NCBI RefSeq assembly: GCF_004010195.1
Contig: NC_057717.1
Location: 104,941,904-105,005,903, forward strand
DNA: 64,000 bases
Source of the DNA: Chiloscyllium plagiosum
Lineage: Eukaryota
Direction: 5' to 3'
Under the pieces are notes generated by a model. It searched no databases. It was not told the DNA's origin and saw nothing but the letters and a program-made list of their open reading frames with translations. The position numbers were made by a program, and so were the translations under genes. Below, one piece after another: positions 36,765 through 49,460 of this stretch; position 1 is the first letter of the stretch, and every line of letters starts with the position of its first letter.

Positions 36765-39660
36765 TAAGACATTACGACATAGGAGCAGAATTAGGTCACG
36801 CTGCCCATCGAGTCTGCTCCACCATTTGATCATGGCTGTTTCTCAAGTCCATTCTCCTGCCTTCTCTCTCTATCCCTTGATCCCCTTACCAAAAGAACCA
36901 ATATATTTCTAACTAAAATACAATGACTTGAATCCCAGAGTAGCAATGAGTTCCACAGATTCATCAGCCTCTGGCTTAAGAAATTTCTCCTCATCTCGGT
37001 TTTAAAGGGTTGTACCTTCACTCTGAGGCTGTGCCCTTGGATCCTAATCTCTCCTACTAATGGAAACATCTTCTACCCAGGCCTCTCAGTATTCTGTAAG
37101 TTTCAATGAGACTCACCACCCACCCCGCCCCCTCCCTTCTAAACTCCATTGAGTACAGACCCAGAATCTTCAACCCTTCCTCATATGGCAAGTCCTTTAT
37201 CCCTGGGATCATTCTTGTAAACCTCCTCTGGACTCCCTCCAATGTCAGTACACCATTCCTTAGATATGGGGCCCAAATCTGTTCCACAATATTCCAAATG
37301 TCATCTGACCAGAGGCTTATACAACCTCACGAGTACATCTCTTGTATTCTAGCCCTCTCAATATGAATGCTAATACTGCATTGCCTTCCGAACTGCCAAG
37401 TGAACCTGCATATTAATCTGAAGAGAATCCTGAACCAGGACTCCTAAGTTACTTTCTGCTTCAGATATCCATAGCCTTTCCCCATTTAGAAAGGATTCTA
37501 TGCCTCTATTCTTCCTATCAATGCGCATAATCTCACACTTTCCCACATTGTATTGCACGCTCCTAGTGTGTCAAATCCTTCTATACCTTCCCTGCTTCCT
37601 CAACACTATTTGTCTCTCCACCTATTTCTGTTTCATCTGCAAACTCAGCGACAATGCTCTCAGTTCCTTCGATCAGATCATTATAGTACAATGTGAATAG
37701 TTGTGTCCCAAAACGGACCTCTGCTAAACTCCACTAGTCACCAGCTGCCATCCTGAAAAAGAAACCCTTTATCCCTAGACTCTGCCTTCTGTCAGTCAGC
37801 AAGTCCTCTATCCATGCCAGTACCTTGTCCCTAACACTATGGGCTCTAATCTTATTTAGCTGCCTTCTGTGCAACACCTTGTCAATGCTCTCTTTTGTCT
37901 AATTCGCTTGTTAGCTCCTCAAAGAATTCTAATAGCTTTGTCAGGCATGACCTCCCTTTTATGAAGTCATGCTGACTCAGCCCTATTTTACCATGCACTT
38001 CAATTACTCTGCAATCTCATATGTAGTAGTGTACTCTAACATCTTACCAATGACTGGGGTCAAGCTAACTAGCCTATAATTTCTAATTTTTGCCTCCCTC
38101 CCTTCTTAAACCACAGTGTTACATCAACCATTTTTCAGTCCTTTGAGATCCACCCTGACTCAAGTAATTCCTGAAAGATCACCATTAATGCCTCTATAAA
38201 CTCCTCAGCTATCTCCTTCAGAACCTGGGATATAGTCCATCTGGTCTGGGTGATTTATCAGTCTTTCAACTTCCCCATCACCTTTTCCTTAGTGATGGCC
38301 ACTACACTCACCTCTGTCCCCACTCCCTTTAAGTTCCAGTATGCTGCTGGTGCCACCCATTGTGAACATTGATACAAAGTATCTATTCAGTTCCTCTGCC
38401 ATTTCCTCATTCCCCATTACTATTCCTCCAGTCTCATGTTCTAGTCCTCCGATATTACTCTTACCTCTCTCTTAACGTCTATATTTTTAAAAAAATTTTG
38501 CAATCTTCCTTTATACTACTAACTAGATTACTCTCATATTTCATCTTCTCCCCTCTAATTGTTTTACTGTTATCCTCTGCTCATTTCTAAAGGCTTCTCA
38601 ATCCCCTGGCTTCCCACTAATATTCACCACATTGTATCTTTTTTCCTTTTGCTTTTATGCTGTCCCTAACTTCCCTTGTTTGTCAGCTATGGTTGCCTCA
38701 TCTTTGCCTTGGTATGTTTCTTCTTCCTTAGGATGAATTTCTGCTGTGCCTCCTAAATTATATCCAGAAATTCCTATCATTGCTACTCCACAATCTTTCA
38801 TGTTGGTCTCCCCTTCCAATCAACTCTGCCCAGACCCTCTCTCAGGTCTTTGTAGTTACCTTTACTTAATTGTAATATTGTAGCATCCGATTCCAACTTT
38901 TCCCTCTCAACTGCAGACTGAATTTTATCATATTGCAGTCACTGCCCCATGAGGAATTCCTTCACCTTAAGCTCACCAATCAAGTGTGCCTAATTATACA
39001 TCACCAAATCCAGAACTGCCTGTTCGCTAGTGGGTTCTACCACAAGCTGCCTCAAAACATTCCAACAGTTCCTTTTTTTTTTAGATTAGATTACAGATTA
39101 GATTAGATTACATTACAGTGTGGAAACAGGCCCTTCGGCCCAACAAGTCCACACCGACCCGCCAAAGCGAAACCCACCCATACCCCTACATTTACCCCTT
39201 ACCTAACACTACGGGCAATTTAGCATGGCCAATTCACCTGACCCTGCACATCTTTTGGACTGTGGGAGGAAACCGGAGCACCCGGAGGAAACCCACGCAG
39301 ACACGGGGAGAACGTGCAAACTCCACACAGTCAGTCGCCTGAGGCGGAAATTGAACCCGGGTCTCAGGCGCTGTGAGGCAGCAGTGCTAACCACTGTGCC
39401 ACCGTGCCGCCACTCTCTTTTCTTGAGACTGGCTACCAATCTAACTTTCTCAGTCCACCTGCATACTGAGGTCCCCATTATGATTGTAACAGTTCCTTTC
39501 TTACATGCCTTTTCTATCTCTTGGTTTATTTTCTTCTCCACATCCTGACTACTGGTAGGAGGCCTGACCCTACTCCCATTAAGATCTTTTTCCCTTTGTG
39601 GTTCCTCGACTCTACCCAAACAGATTCTACACTTTCTGACTCTATACCACTTCAATCACA
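36765..39660 (-). mobile_element. CR1 LINE (part of APE, RT and 3' UTR), degenerate
   Basis: LEGVQRRFTRMIPG, MQYNVGKCEIM and VRPPTSSQDVEKKINQEIEKAC motifs. Confidence 0.85.
39073..39411 (-). mobile_element. Full-length young HE1-type V-SINE inside the CR1
   Basis: Near-identical reverse complement of 19138-19450. Confidence 0.93.
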
Positions 39661-41009
39661 GAATACTGTTAGTGCTTCCACACAAGCTATCCATCTGCGA
39701 GCTGCCAGAAAGCCAACTTACTTCTAGATTTAAGAGAGATTCAGGATCAAGGCAAAAGACACATCAAGGGAAATCAGGACTAGAGGGTAATGGAATCAAA
39801 AATTAGCAAATAATATGTGGGTAATTTTTCACAAACCATTCCAATGTTTTGCAATTAGTGATTCTGTACCTCAGGGCATTAAGTACACAGGTGTGGAAGG
39901 CAAATTCATCCCCTAAAGTCCCAAAATTGCAGTGGAAACATCAATAATGGATGAACGCTCAGAAAAGCTGTTCCCTTGTGAAATAATGCCACAGAGGCCT
40001 ATATCTCATCACCAATTCACCCTTCATTTACATGTGGAGTATCCTTGACACTGATTCAGCTCGATCAGAGCCAGAATGCCTGCTTACGTCTGTCAGCCAG
40101 GGCTCCCCATTTGGAGTGGATTAACAGCCCCGATCAGGGAACTCATATTCTATGGGGTCAACCTGGCTGACCTCATTACAATCACTACATCTCTCACTCT
40201 CTTAGTCCAAGGACATAGGCCAGCTCTTTTTTTTGTAGCTCCGCATGGGGCATTTTAGCACCAGGTCAGGTTCCTGATACGGTAGAATGTAACGCACAGT
40301 AGCTCATTTCTTGCGCCCAGAAGGTTCCGGGCAAAATGCATTGTCCTCTTCAGGTGGCAACATCCACCATGTATATCTCAGATTCCAAGATACTTTCAAT
40401 GCTTGATGGAGAGGGAGAACCCACAGGTTCTGGAACAGTCCGAAAGGAGTTGAGGAGCCGGGTATGTTTTCTTCCATATCATTTGTGATTTTGCAGCTTT
40501 CATATGGTCCACATGCTTGTTCAAGACCATTGGACCTATCTGAACTTTATACATCACTGGAGACCTTACCTCGCGACGAACATCCCTCTTACCCAAACAG
40601 GGCCATTCCAGCAATTCCTACACCACACATCATCCCCTGAAGTAAATTGTCACTCTCGCTTAGCAGAATCTTTTCTTCGGCATTGGCATTCTTGATGCCA
40701 TTTCACACTCTTCCCCAAGGTCTGGAAAGATTTGATTTAACCTGGTGCAGAATCTTCTCCCCATTAGCAACTCTATTGGAGTTATTCCTGTAGTTGCTTG
40801 AGGGATCATTCTATAATCAAACAGGAACCAGGACAGTTTGTTTTCTAGTGAAGCTGTAGACTGTTTCTTTAAGCCTGCCTTCAAAGTTTGGACTGCTTTT
40901 TCTGCCAGACCATTGGGTGATGGATGGTACGGAGCTGTCCTTATATGACAAACACTTTATATAACTTTGGGAAATATGCAAATTCCCTGCTGGTAAACAA
41001 TGGCCTGTA

Positions 41010-42840
41010 TGAAAAGGGGTAATCTGCCATGGGTATCTAAGGAAATAAGGGAGGCTATCAAATTGAAAGAGAAGGCGTATAAAGTGGCCAAAAACAGCAT
41101 GAAACAAGAAGACTGGGAAAACCTTAGTGATCAACAGAAAGCCACAAAAAGAGCTTTGAAGGAAAGTAAGAAGGTACATGAGAAAAAACTAGCACAGAAT
41201 ATAAAGACAGATAGCAAACGTTTCTATAAATATATAAAACAAAAAAGAGTGGCTAAAGTAAACATTGGTTCCTTAGAGGATGAGAAGGGGCATTTACCTT
41301 ATGATGAAATGGCCGAGGCATTGAACAGGTATTTTGTATCGGTCTTCACAGTGGAGGACACGAATAACATGCCAGTAATTGACAAAGAGACGAAGGCAGG
41401 TGAGGACCTGGAAACAATCATAATTATGGAAGAGGTAGTGTTGGGCAAGCTAATGGAGCTATGGATAGACAAATCTTCTGGCCCTAACGGAATGCATCCT
41501 CGGGCACTAAAAGAGATGGCAGGAGAAATAGCAAGTGCACTGGTGGTAATTTTCCAAAATTTGCTGGACTCTGGGGCAGTTCCAGCAGATTGGAAAACAG
41601 CAAGTGTGACCTCACTATTTAAAAAGGGAGGTGGGCAAAAGATGGGGAATTATAGACCGGTTAGCTTAACGTCTGCAGTGGGGAAGATGCTTGAGTCTAT
41701 TATCAAGGAAGAAATAGCAAGGAATCTTGATAGAAACTATCCTGTTGGGCAGACGCAGCATGGGTTCACGAAGGGCAGGTCGTGCTTAACAAATCTTTTG
41801 AAAGTCTATGAAGACATTATGAGCAAGGTGAACAACGGGGACCCAGTGGATGTGGTGTACCTAGATTTCCAAAAGGCCTTCGCATAAGAGGCTGCTGCAT
41901 AAGATAAGGATGCAAGGCATGACAGGTAAAGAATTAGTATGGATAGAGGATTGGTTGACTAACAGGAAGCAAAGAGTGAGGATAAATGAGCGCTATTCTG
42001 GCTGGCAATCAGTAACTAGCGATGTGCCTCAGGGATTGGTGTTGGGACCACAATTATTCACAATTTATAAAGATGATTTGGAATTGGGGACCACGTGTAG
42101 TATGTCAATGTTTACAGATGACACTATGATGAGTCGCAGAACAAAGTGTGCGGAGGACTCTGAAACTTTGTAAAGGAACATGGAAAATATGACTGAGTGG
42201 GCAAAGATCTGGCAGATGGAGTACAATGTTAATAAATGTGAAGTCATCCATTTTGGTTGGAGTAACATTAAAAAGCATTATTACTTGAATGGTAAAAGGT
42301 TGCAGCATGCTGCTATGCAGAGGGACCTGGGTGTCCTTGTGCATGAATTACAGAAGGTTGGTCTGCAATCAGGTTATGTTGCAGCTGTACAAGGGCTGGT
42401 GAGGCCACACCTGGAGTACTGTGTGCAGCTTTGGTCTCCTTACTTGAGAAAGAATGTACTGGTACTGGAAGGGGTGCAGAGGAGGTTCACTAGGTTAATT
42501 CCAGAGTTGAGGAGGTTGGCTTATGAGGAGAGACTGATTGATTGGGATTATATTCATTGGAATTTAGAAGAATGAGGGGGGATCTTATAAAAACATATAA
42601 AATTATGAAGGGAATAGACAAGAAAGAAGTAGAGAAGATATTTTCACTGGAAGGTGGAATTAGGGCAAGAGGGCATAGCTTCAAGATTAGAGGGAGCAGA
42701 TTTAGGACTAACTTGAGAAGGAACTTCTTCACCCAGGGGGTTGTAAATCTATGGAATTCCTTGCTCAGTGAAGTGGTTGAGGCATCCTCAGTAAATATTT
42801 TTAAAGCTAAGACAGATTTCTTTTGAACAATAAAGGAATT
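41010..42840 (+). mobile_element. CR1 LINE ORF2 inserted in the Gypsy integrase region; 3' tail missing
   Basis: ORF 41000-41887 (NYRPVSLTS, QHGFTKGRSCLTNL, YLDFQKAF) and downstream frames. Confidence 0.92.
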
Positions 42841-44086
42841 TAAAACATCTCATTTTTGGAAATGCCTGGATGACCCTGGTGGAGTTCAGTCAGTGTCTGG
42901 CAGCAACCTTTGCTTGGGACAATCACTCTAGCTTCTCACAGCAATATGCCATTCTCTAGTCTAATCTGGTCTCTCCAGGTTCAAAAACATTTCAGTTCTG
43001 GTTGTGATGGCTCTTTCATGTCTCCCATCATGACCAGCTGTTTCAGCTTTGCCAGACTGGATCTTTTTGCACCCAAAGTTTAATATTGTCAGCTGTGACT
43101 GGAAGTGTGTCCAGAAAATTTAAAACCATTATGGACTTTTCCAGTGGCAGTATCAGTGGTAGCATATCTGCCAGCGGGAAGTGCCTCAATGCATCTCCAT
43201 TTGTTAATTGGCCTCCCAGAGGGTGTTCCAACTTGCAATTATACACACTTAGTATTCGAGCCCACTGCTGAATTTGGCCTGAAGGTATGACAGCACTGCG
43301 TTGTCCTCTTTAAGTAGATCTAGTAGGAGTTTGTGGTCTGTTGTTATGACAAATGTACATCCATAAAAGTACTGATGGAACTTCCTGACTCCAAATATAA
43401 CCACCAAACCTTCCTTCTCAATCTAAGTGCCTTTATAGTCTGCATTAGCCGAAGTCTTGGATACATGAGCTATTAGGCATTCCTCTCCAATGGCATCTAT
43501 GAGCTAATACTGTCCCATGCGGTACAGGGAGGCACTGCAAGACAATATCAGATCTCGCTTGGCACAATAGTATGCTAATACCTTACAAGATGATAGCTGT
43601 TTATCTAGCAGGGAAAAACAGTTTGCCATTTGTTTAAAATCCCCACAAAGGCGAACTGACCCCTGTCGTGCTTCACAATTGGTATGGCTGGTGCTGCCCA
43701 TTCCACAAACTGGACAGGTTTAATGATTTCTTCGCTTTCCAGCCTTCTGATTTCTGCGTGTACTTTTGCCTGTTAGGCAAATGCCACTGGGAGGGCCTTG
43801 CAGAATCATGGACTTGTTTCCTGGTCAATATGTAAGGTGGCCTTAGCCCTTTTCGTCGTCCCTCGACCTTCCTGAAAAACATCCAGGTATTTAATTAGGA
43901 CTTCACTCAGGCAGCCATTTTCTAATCAATAAGTGAAGAGCCAATCGAGGTTCAACTTTCTCAACCAATCAAGCTTGGGCCCAAGCCTTTTACTATAATC
44001 AGTGGTAACTGTACCAACTGCTTCTCTTAAGAGACTGGAACCGAAGCTGTACCATTAAGCTGGTATAGGTTCTCAGTCTAGCTGAT

Positions 44087-44458
44087 GTATAGAATAGAAT
44101 AGAATCAAATTGAATTGAATCCCTACACTGTGGAAACAGGCAATTTGGCCCAACAAGTGCACACTAACCCTCCGAAGAGTATCCCATCCAGACCCATTCC
44201 CCTACCCTATACTCTACATTTCACCTGACTAATGCACCTAATCTACACATCCCTGAACACTATGGGCAATTTAGCATGGCCAATTCACCTAACCTGCACA
44301 TCTTTGGACTGTGGGAGGAAACCAGAGCACGTGTCAGAAACCACACAGACGGGTGGGGGGAACATGCAAACTCCACACAAAGATTTGCCAGAGGCTGGAA
44401 TCAAACTGGGTCCCTGGCACTGTGAGGCTGCAGTGCTAACAGCTGAACCATGCCACCT
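44087..44458 (-). mobile_element. HE1-type SINE inside the Gypsy element
   Basis: Reverse SINE body with (ATTCT)n/(ATTCA)n tail. Confidence 0.85.
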
Positions 44459-46055
44459 TATGCAAACTTAAGGATCGGAGTCCAGAGTGAATTTTGTTAA
44501 ACGCTGGCTCTGCGATCATTAAAAATGCCATTTCTGGCCTTCATTGGAACTGGGTGACCTTTAACCAGACATTTGTTCTGATTCGGAATTTGCTTAGCAA
44601 TTTAACTGTTCCAAATCAAATATATGTGGAACTTCCAGATTGTGCACTCTCCTGGCCTATGAGTTCTCTTACTCAATTTAAGTATAGTGGGACTCTTGCT
44701 GTCACAAGTACTTATATGGGCAGCAACTATAATGGCTTGGCAGCCCGAATCCTGAAAAAACTTTAACCGTTTGGCTGAGGCTTGGCTTTGCTTTGGTGTT
44801 TTACTGTTGGTTGACCTCGAGTCCCTTTGTTCAGGATATGTCCTGAGTGAGGCTATGCAATTGACTGCCCTCAACTTAGAGTTCTCCAAGCTCAGTCAGA
44901 CTGATGAAGGTGTCCACTTCCGTCAGAATACCCTGCAATGCATATGCTCCACTTGCGGCATTTTCCAATGATAAAGCCAGTTGTAGTGCCTGTTTGAACT
45001 CTAGTTGGCTTCAGCTAGTAGGCACTTTTGCACAGTTACGTCATTAATCCCACATACCAAACAGTTTTTCAGCATCTCATTAAGGGTTAAACTAAAGTCA
45101 CATGCCTCTGCCAGTCATCTTAACCTTGTCAAAAATCCCAACATGGATTCCCCTAGTTCTCAGATTGCCAAGTAAAACCGATAATGTCTAAGAACTAGAG
45201 AAAACTTGGGGTCATAATATTCCTTAACTAAATCTATCTACTCTTGGAAGGGTTTAGTATCTGGTGCCTCAGGGAATGTTATGCTCCTAGTAACTGAAAA
45301 CACTATGGGATCCACAAGCTGTCAGGAGAATTACTTGTTACTTTTCATCTGTCCCAATGTCATTTGCCTGGAAAAGAATAATACATTTTTGTCCAAATAC
45401 TGAGCCCATTCTTCACCAGCAAGATTGAATGAGTCAAGCTTCCCGTATAACACTGTGATGCCAGAAATACTTAGCCAACTCAAAGACAAATATTGCAATT
45501 TTCTTCAGAACTGTGCTTTTTGCTCACCATTGAAATAACTCCATAGAGGCTGAAATCCCGTCACCAAGTCATCCTTTATTTACACGTGAAGAGTCCTTGA
45601 CACCAATCAAGCTCTGTCAGAGCCAGGTCTCAGAGAAAACAGAACCTCTGACTCTCCTGTTTATATCTGTCAGCCAGGGCTCCCTGATTGGGGCTGTTAA
45701 TATGGTCCAATCAGGGAACTCATATTCTATGAAGTTCGCCTGGCTGACCTCATTACAATCACTACACCTTTCACAAAACAGACAGTTTCAGAGGAAGTAT
45801 TTCTCCAAACACATGGTGTTTCTCCCCCAGTATTTGCTGCTGTTAGACTCTCTGTGAGCCGAGCAGCAGCAATTGCAGAAATGATTGGAGGAACAACAAG
45901 AAGGGGAGTGTGCTGTTACCTTCAGGAGGATTTTTTATCTGATGCTTCAATGCTGATGTTGCCTCTCTTAATATGGTATTAAGGTATGGATATTGGTTTC
46001 CACAAGCATTTATTACAACTAGCTTATATGTATAAACATTACATTCACAGCTACT

Positions 46056-46649
46056 TGTTATGGACCAGGCCAGAGCCCCTCAAAACATTCAAGAAGGTAG
46101 CCCAGACCGGAACTTTTCTAGTTGATTTAAGCAGGTAATAGTGGATGCTCTAGGAATGGTGCAGCTGTCAAAATCCCTTGGTTTTAAAAAAAAAACAGAA
46201 TTTATTTATATAAGAGTAAAAGGAAACCACACTTAGAATAACCTAACTATTTAAAACCCAATCAATTCTATGACAACTCAATAATGCTGTTCCCAATGCC
46301 TGCAACAGTCCTCATAAACACCCCTTTGACAAAAAGGTAAAATCATACACAGGTTCTTACAGCAGAGAGAGATTTAGCATGAGATCTCCTTCCACTGCAG
46401 ATGTTTCTTTGGATTCTCCAGCTTAAACTCACCAGAAGCTCTGAACAGCCAGACTGCTAAAATAAAAAAAAACAGTAAAGCTGAGTTGGGACATCTGGCC
46501 ACTCCTTTTTCAGTGTACAAGTGTCTTTTTTAAACTTAAAAGCTTCTTCAAGTAGATAAATCCAGACATCTCAGCAACTCTGCCTCGTACAACACTTTTG
46601 AAAAAAACCAAGGACAACACAATCTTGTTAAAGGAGCAGCATTGTCACA
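46056..46649 (-). mobile_element. Solo LTR
   Basis: Minus strand TGTGACAATGCTGCTCC...GGTCCATAACA; flanks tact/aact; homologous to 47660-48314. Confidence 0.75.
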
Positions 46650-47659
46650 AACTTCAATGACTAGCTAACATTAAGTTATTAGACTACAGTAGAAAGGAGC
46701 GTGATTCTACTGGCATGATCCTAGGATAAGGTGGAATATAAGACCTTTATACCCTCAGGTCAGATGCTGTGATGCAGTGATGGTGTCATGAGCACACCTC
46801 TTAAAAGCATGCTGAGATCCTGACCTTGAGATATAATGCAACAAGTGGCGAACAAAGGTAGCAAAGCCTTGCAGAGTAGCCTGTCTGTCAGGTGAGGCTA
46901 GTTTAGTGCAAGCCTGCAGGTGGCGTCATGTCTCTGGGACATGTCCCTGCAGGTGAAGGAAGCTGGGGCAAAATGAGGGCGAGACCCTTGGGGATGGGGT
47001 TGGTTAGGTCCAGCCAATTTACAGGGTGAGACCAAAGGGCAAAAATCTGCGGGTGAGGCTGAGGGTGCAGGAGTCTGTGGGTGAGGCCAGGGTTGCACGA
47101 AAAGTAGCCCATTAACAAAAACCTTGAAAAAAATCTAATTTAACTTCTGCTGTACAAGTGTTATATCACATTAAAGTAAAACCTTCCTCTTTCTATGGTT
47201 TTAAATTATGTTCAATTAACCTAACCAGACATATTTTGACACACCTTCACAACAGGTGGGACTTGAACCAGGTCTTGGTCCATTAATAGGAACATTTCCA
47301 CAGTGCCACAATAGCTCCCACTCTGGAAACAGAGAATGTCAAGTTTCCTTTGAAGCAATCTGTTCAGACATGTTATGCATATGACACATCTAAATGGCAG
47401 GCAGGACTTGAATCCACACTATGATGTGCCAAACACTTAAGTCTGTTGCTATGGTTTAAGTCAACAACATAATTATAGGGTTTTCAAAGTTAGCTTGCCT
47501 TCTTCAAAATATTAATTCATGATTTTACCTCAATGCAAATTCAATGGCTATTAGAGTTAGATTACATACAATGCTGCAGTCGCTAAGAACTGCAGGAGGT
47601 CAACACTTTCATTCCATAATTTTGTGTTAGATTTAACCTTGAGCTGAAAAAGTGTCTAA

Positions 47660-48314
47660 TGTGACAATGCTGCTCCTTTAAAAAGGTTATGTTGTCATTG
47701 GTTTTTTTTCCAAGAGAGGTTGTAAAAGAAAGAGGTTCCAATTTGTCTGGGATTAGGGACTTTACTCATGGCTAACAGATACTGCTAAGTAAACAATCAG
47801 TGAAAAGGCTTTTAGGTTTTTTTTAAAATACACTTGCACAATCAAATAGGCGAGGCCAGTTCGCCCAGTTCAGGATTTTAGTAAGCAGTCTGTTCGAAGC
47901 TGCTGGTCAAAGAAAGCTGCTGGGAAGAAAGTTTCCCTGATTCAACAAATGTATCTGGCAGACTGTCTCTCTCTAACATCTTTCTTATAAGAACCTGTGT
48001 TTAAACTTAACTTTTTTTTGCCAAGGGGTATGTTTATGGGTGGTTGCAGAAATTGGAACAGCTCCTTTGTTAATTTGCGGGGATATCATGTTGGTTGAGT
48101 TTTCAAAGAGGTGTTATTCTAAATTCTATTTTCTTTTGCTTGTGTTTCATTCAGTGGTATGTAAATAAATTCTGTTTTACTTGAAGCCAAATGGTTTGAC
48201 CAGCTGCATCGCTCCTGGAATATCCATCTTACATCTGCCTAAAAGAACTAAACAAATTAGGGTCTGCATTACCTTCTTGAAAGGTTTTGAGGCTGTCTGG
48301 CCTGGTTCATCACG
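47660..48314 (+). mobile_element. Solo LTR, same family, opposite orientation
   Basis: TGTGACAATGCTGCTCC...ggttcatcacg, internal aaataaa, exact 4-bp TSD ctaa at 47656-47659 and 48315-48318. Confidence 0.8.
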
Positions 48315-48901
48315 CTAACCCATCACATCAATAAGTACCCAGTAAATGCTTTATAGATAGGAAAAAATAATGAGAACTGTGATAGAACAATACATGCTTC
48401 TCAAGTGCATACACACAGCTCAAGCTTCTTGTCCCCAGATAACTCATGGTTCTGAGGATGCAAAACTTCAGATATGTGGATAGATTGAAGAAGTTGGAAC
48501 TGCTTGCTTTGTAGAAACGAATGCTAAAAGGAGATTCAATCATAAATGAACTGAACAGTGTAGAGAGGGTAAAACTGTACACATCAGTGGGAAGGTCAAG
48601 AACTGAAGGATAGGTTGATAATAATTTGACAATAACTTGCTGTCATTGGTGATCTGAGGGAAAACATGTAATATGTTAAGCTGTGGATTCTGCAATACAA
48701 TTTAATAACCTTACAACAGATTGATCCACCAAATGTGAACTTCCAGGTGTCTCTGTCCCTGCACTCTCTTTAAATAGCTAACAGTTATACTGTCAAAAGC
48801 ATGGAATCTATTTCAGGAGACAAACATTAACTTATTTCCTGTTGAATTTCCTAGCTAGAAATTTATAATCATCTGCTAGTTTGCTTATCAGCACAGTTAA
48901 T

Positions 48902-49161
48902 AGTCATACAGTCATAGAGATGTACAGCATGGAAACAGACCCTTCAGTCCAACCCGTTCATGCTGACCAGATATCCCAACCCAATCTAGTCCCACCTGCC
49001 AGCACCCAGCCCATATCCCTCCAAACCCTTCCTATTCATATACCCATCCAAATGCCTCTTAAATGTTGCAATTGTACCAGCCTCCACCACATCCTCTGGC
49101 AGCTCATTCCATACACGTACCACCCTCTGCGTGAAAAAGTTGTCCCTTAGGTCTCTTTTAT
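48902..49161 (-). mobile_element. HER1/CR1 LINE 3' end
   Basis: YKRDLRDNFFTQRVVRVWNELP and a ctatgact tail. Confidence 0.9.
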
Positions 49162-49460
49162 ACCTCCAAATGATCCTAGCAGTGAATAGTGCCATTGGAG
49201 ATTCATTAGTAGCTACAATGGAAAGGTAGTTTTTGAAGATTATTTTCAATGGATCGACAAAAGTACCAATCTATAAAGTTGGTGAATTGTCAAAACAGGC
49301 AGTAGTGAAAGTAAAGTTGAATGTATTCGAAATGACATGAGCAATACATGAACAGAAATCGAAATATAAATGCCCCATTTAAACTTTGGGTGTGGATAAG
49401 ACAATTAATTTTTTATCCATGTAGCACCGTATAACATTTTTCGATAAGGACACGAATCAA

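Larger units (their letters stand above)
39979..45766 (-). mobile_element. Ty3/Gypsy LTR retrotransposon (Mag-like), decayed, both LTRs present
   Basis: LTRs at 45766-45531 and 40189-39979 (TGTAGTG...TTATTTCA). PBS-like tggtgagc, PPT ggactaagagagtgagaga, flanks ccttg/ccttt. gag GKLDSFN...EEWAQY, RT VRLCGDFK, RNase H TTDHKLL, integrase ELHQGHPGISKM and TTGITPIELLMGR. Confidence 0.9.
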
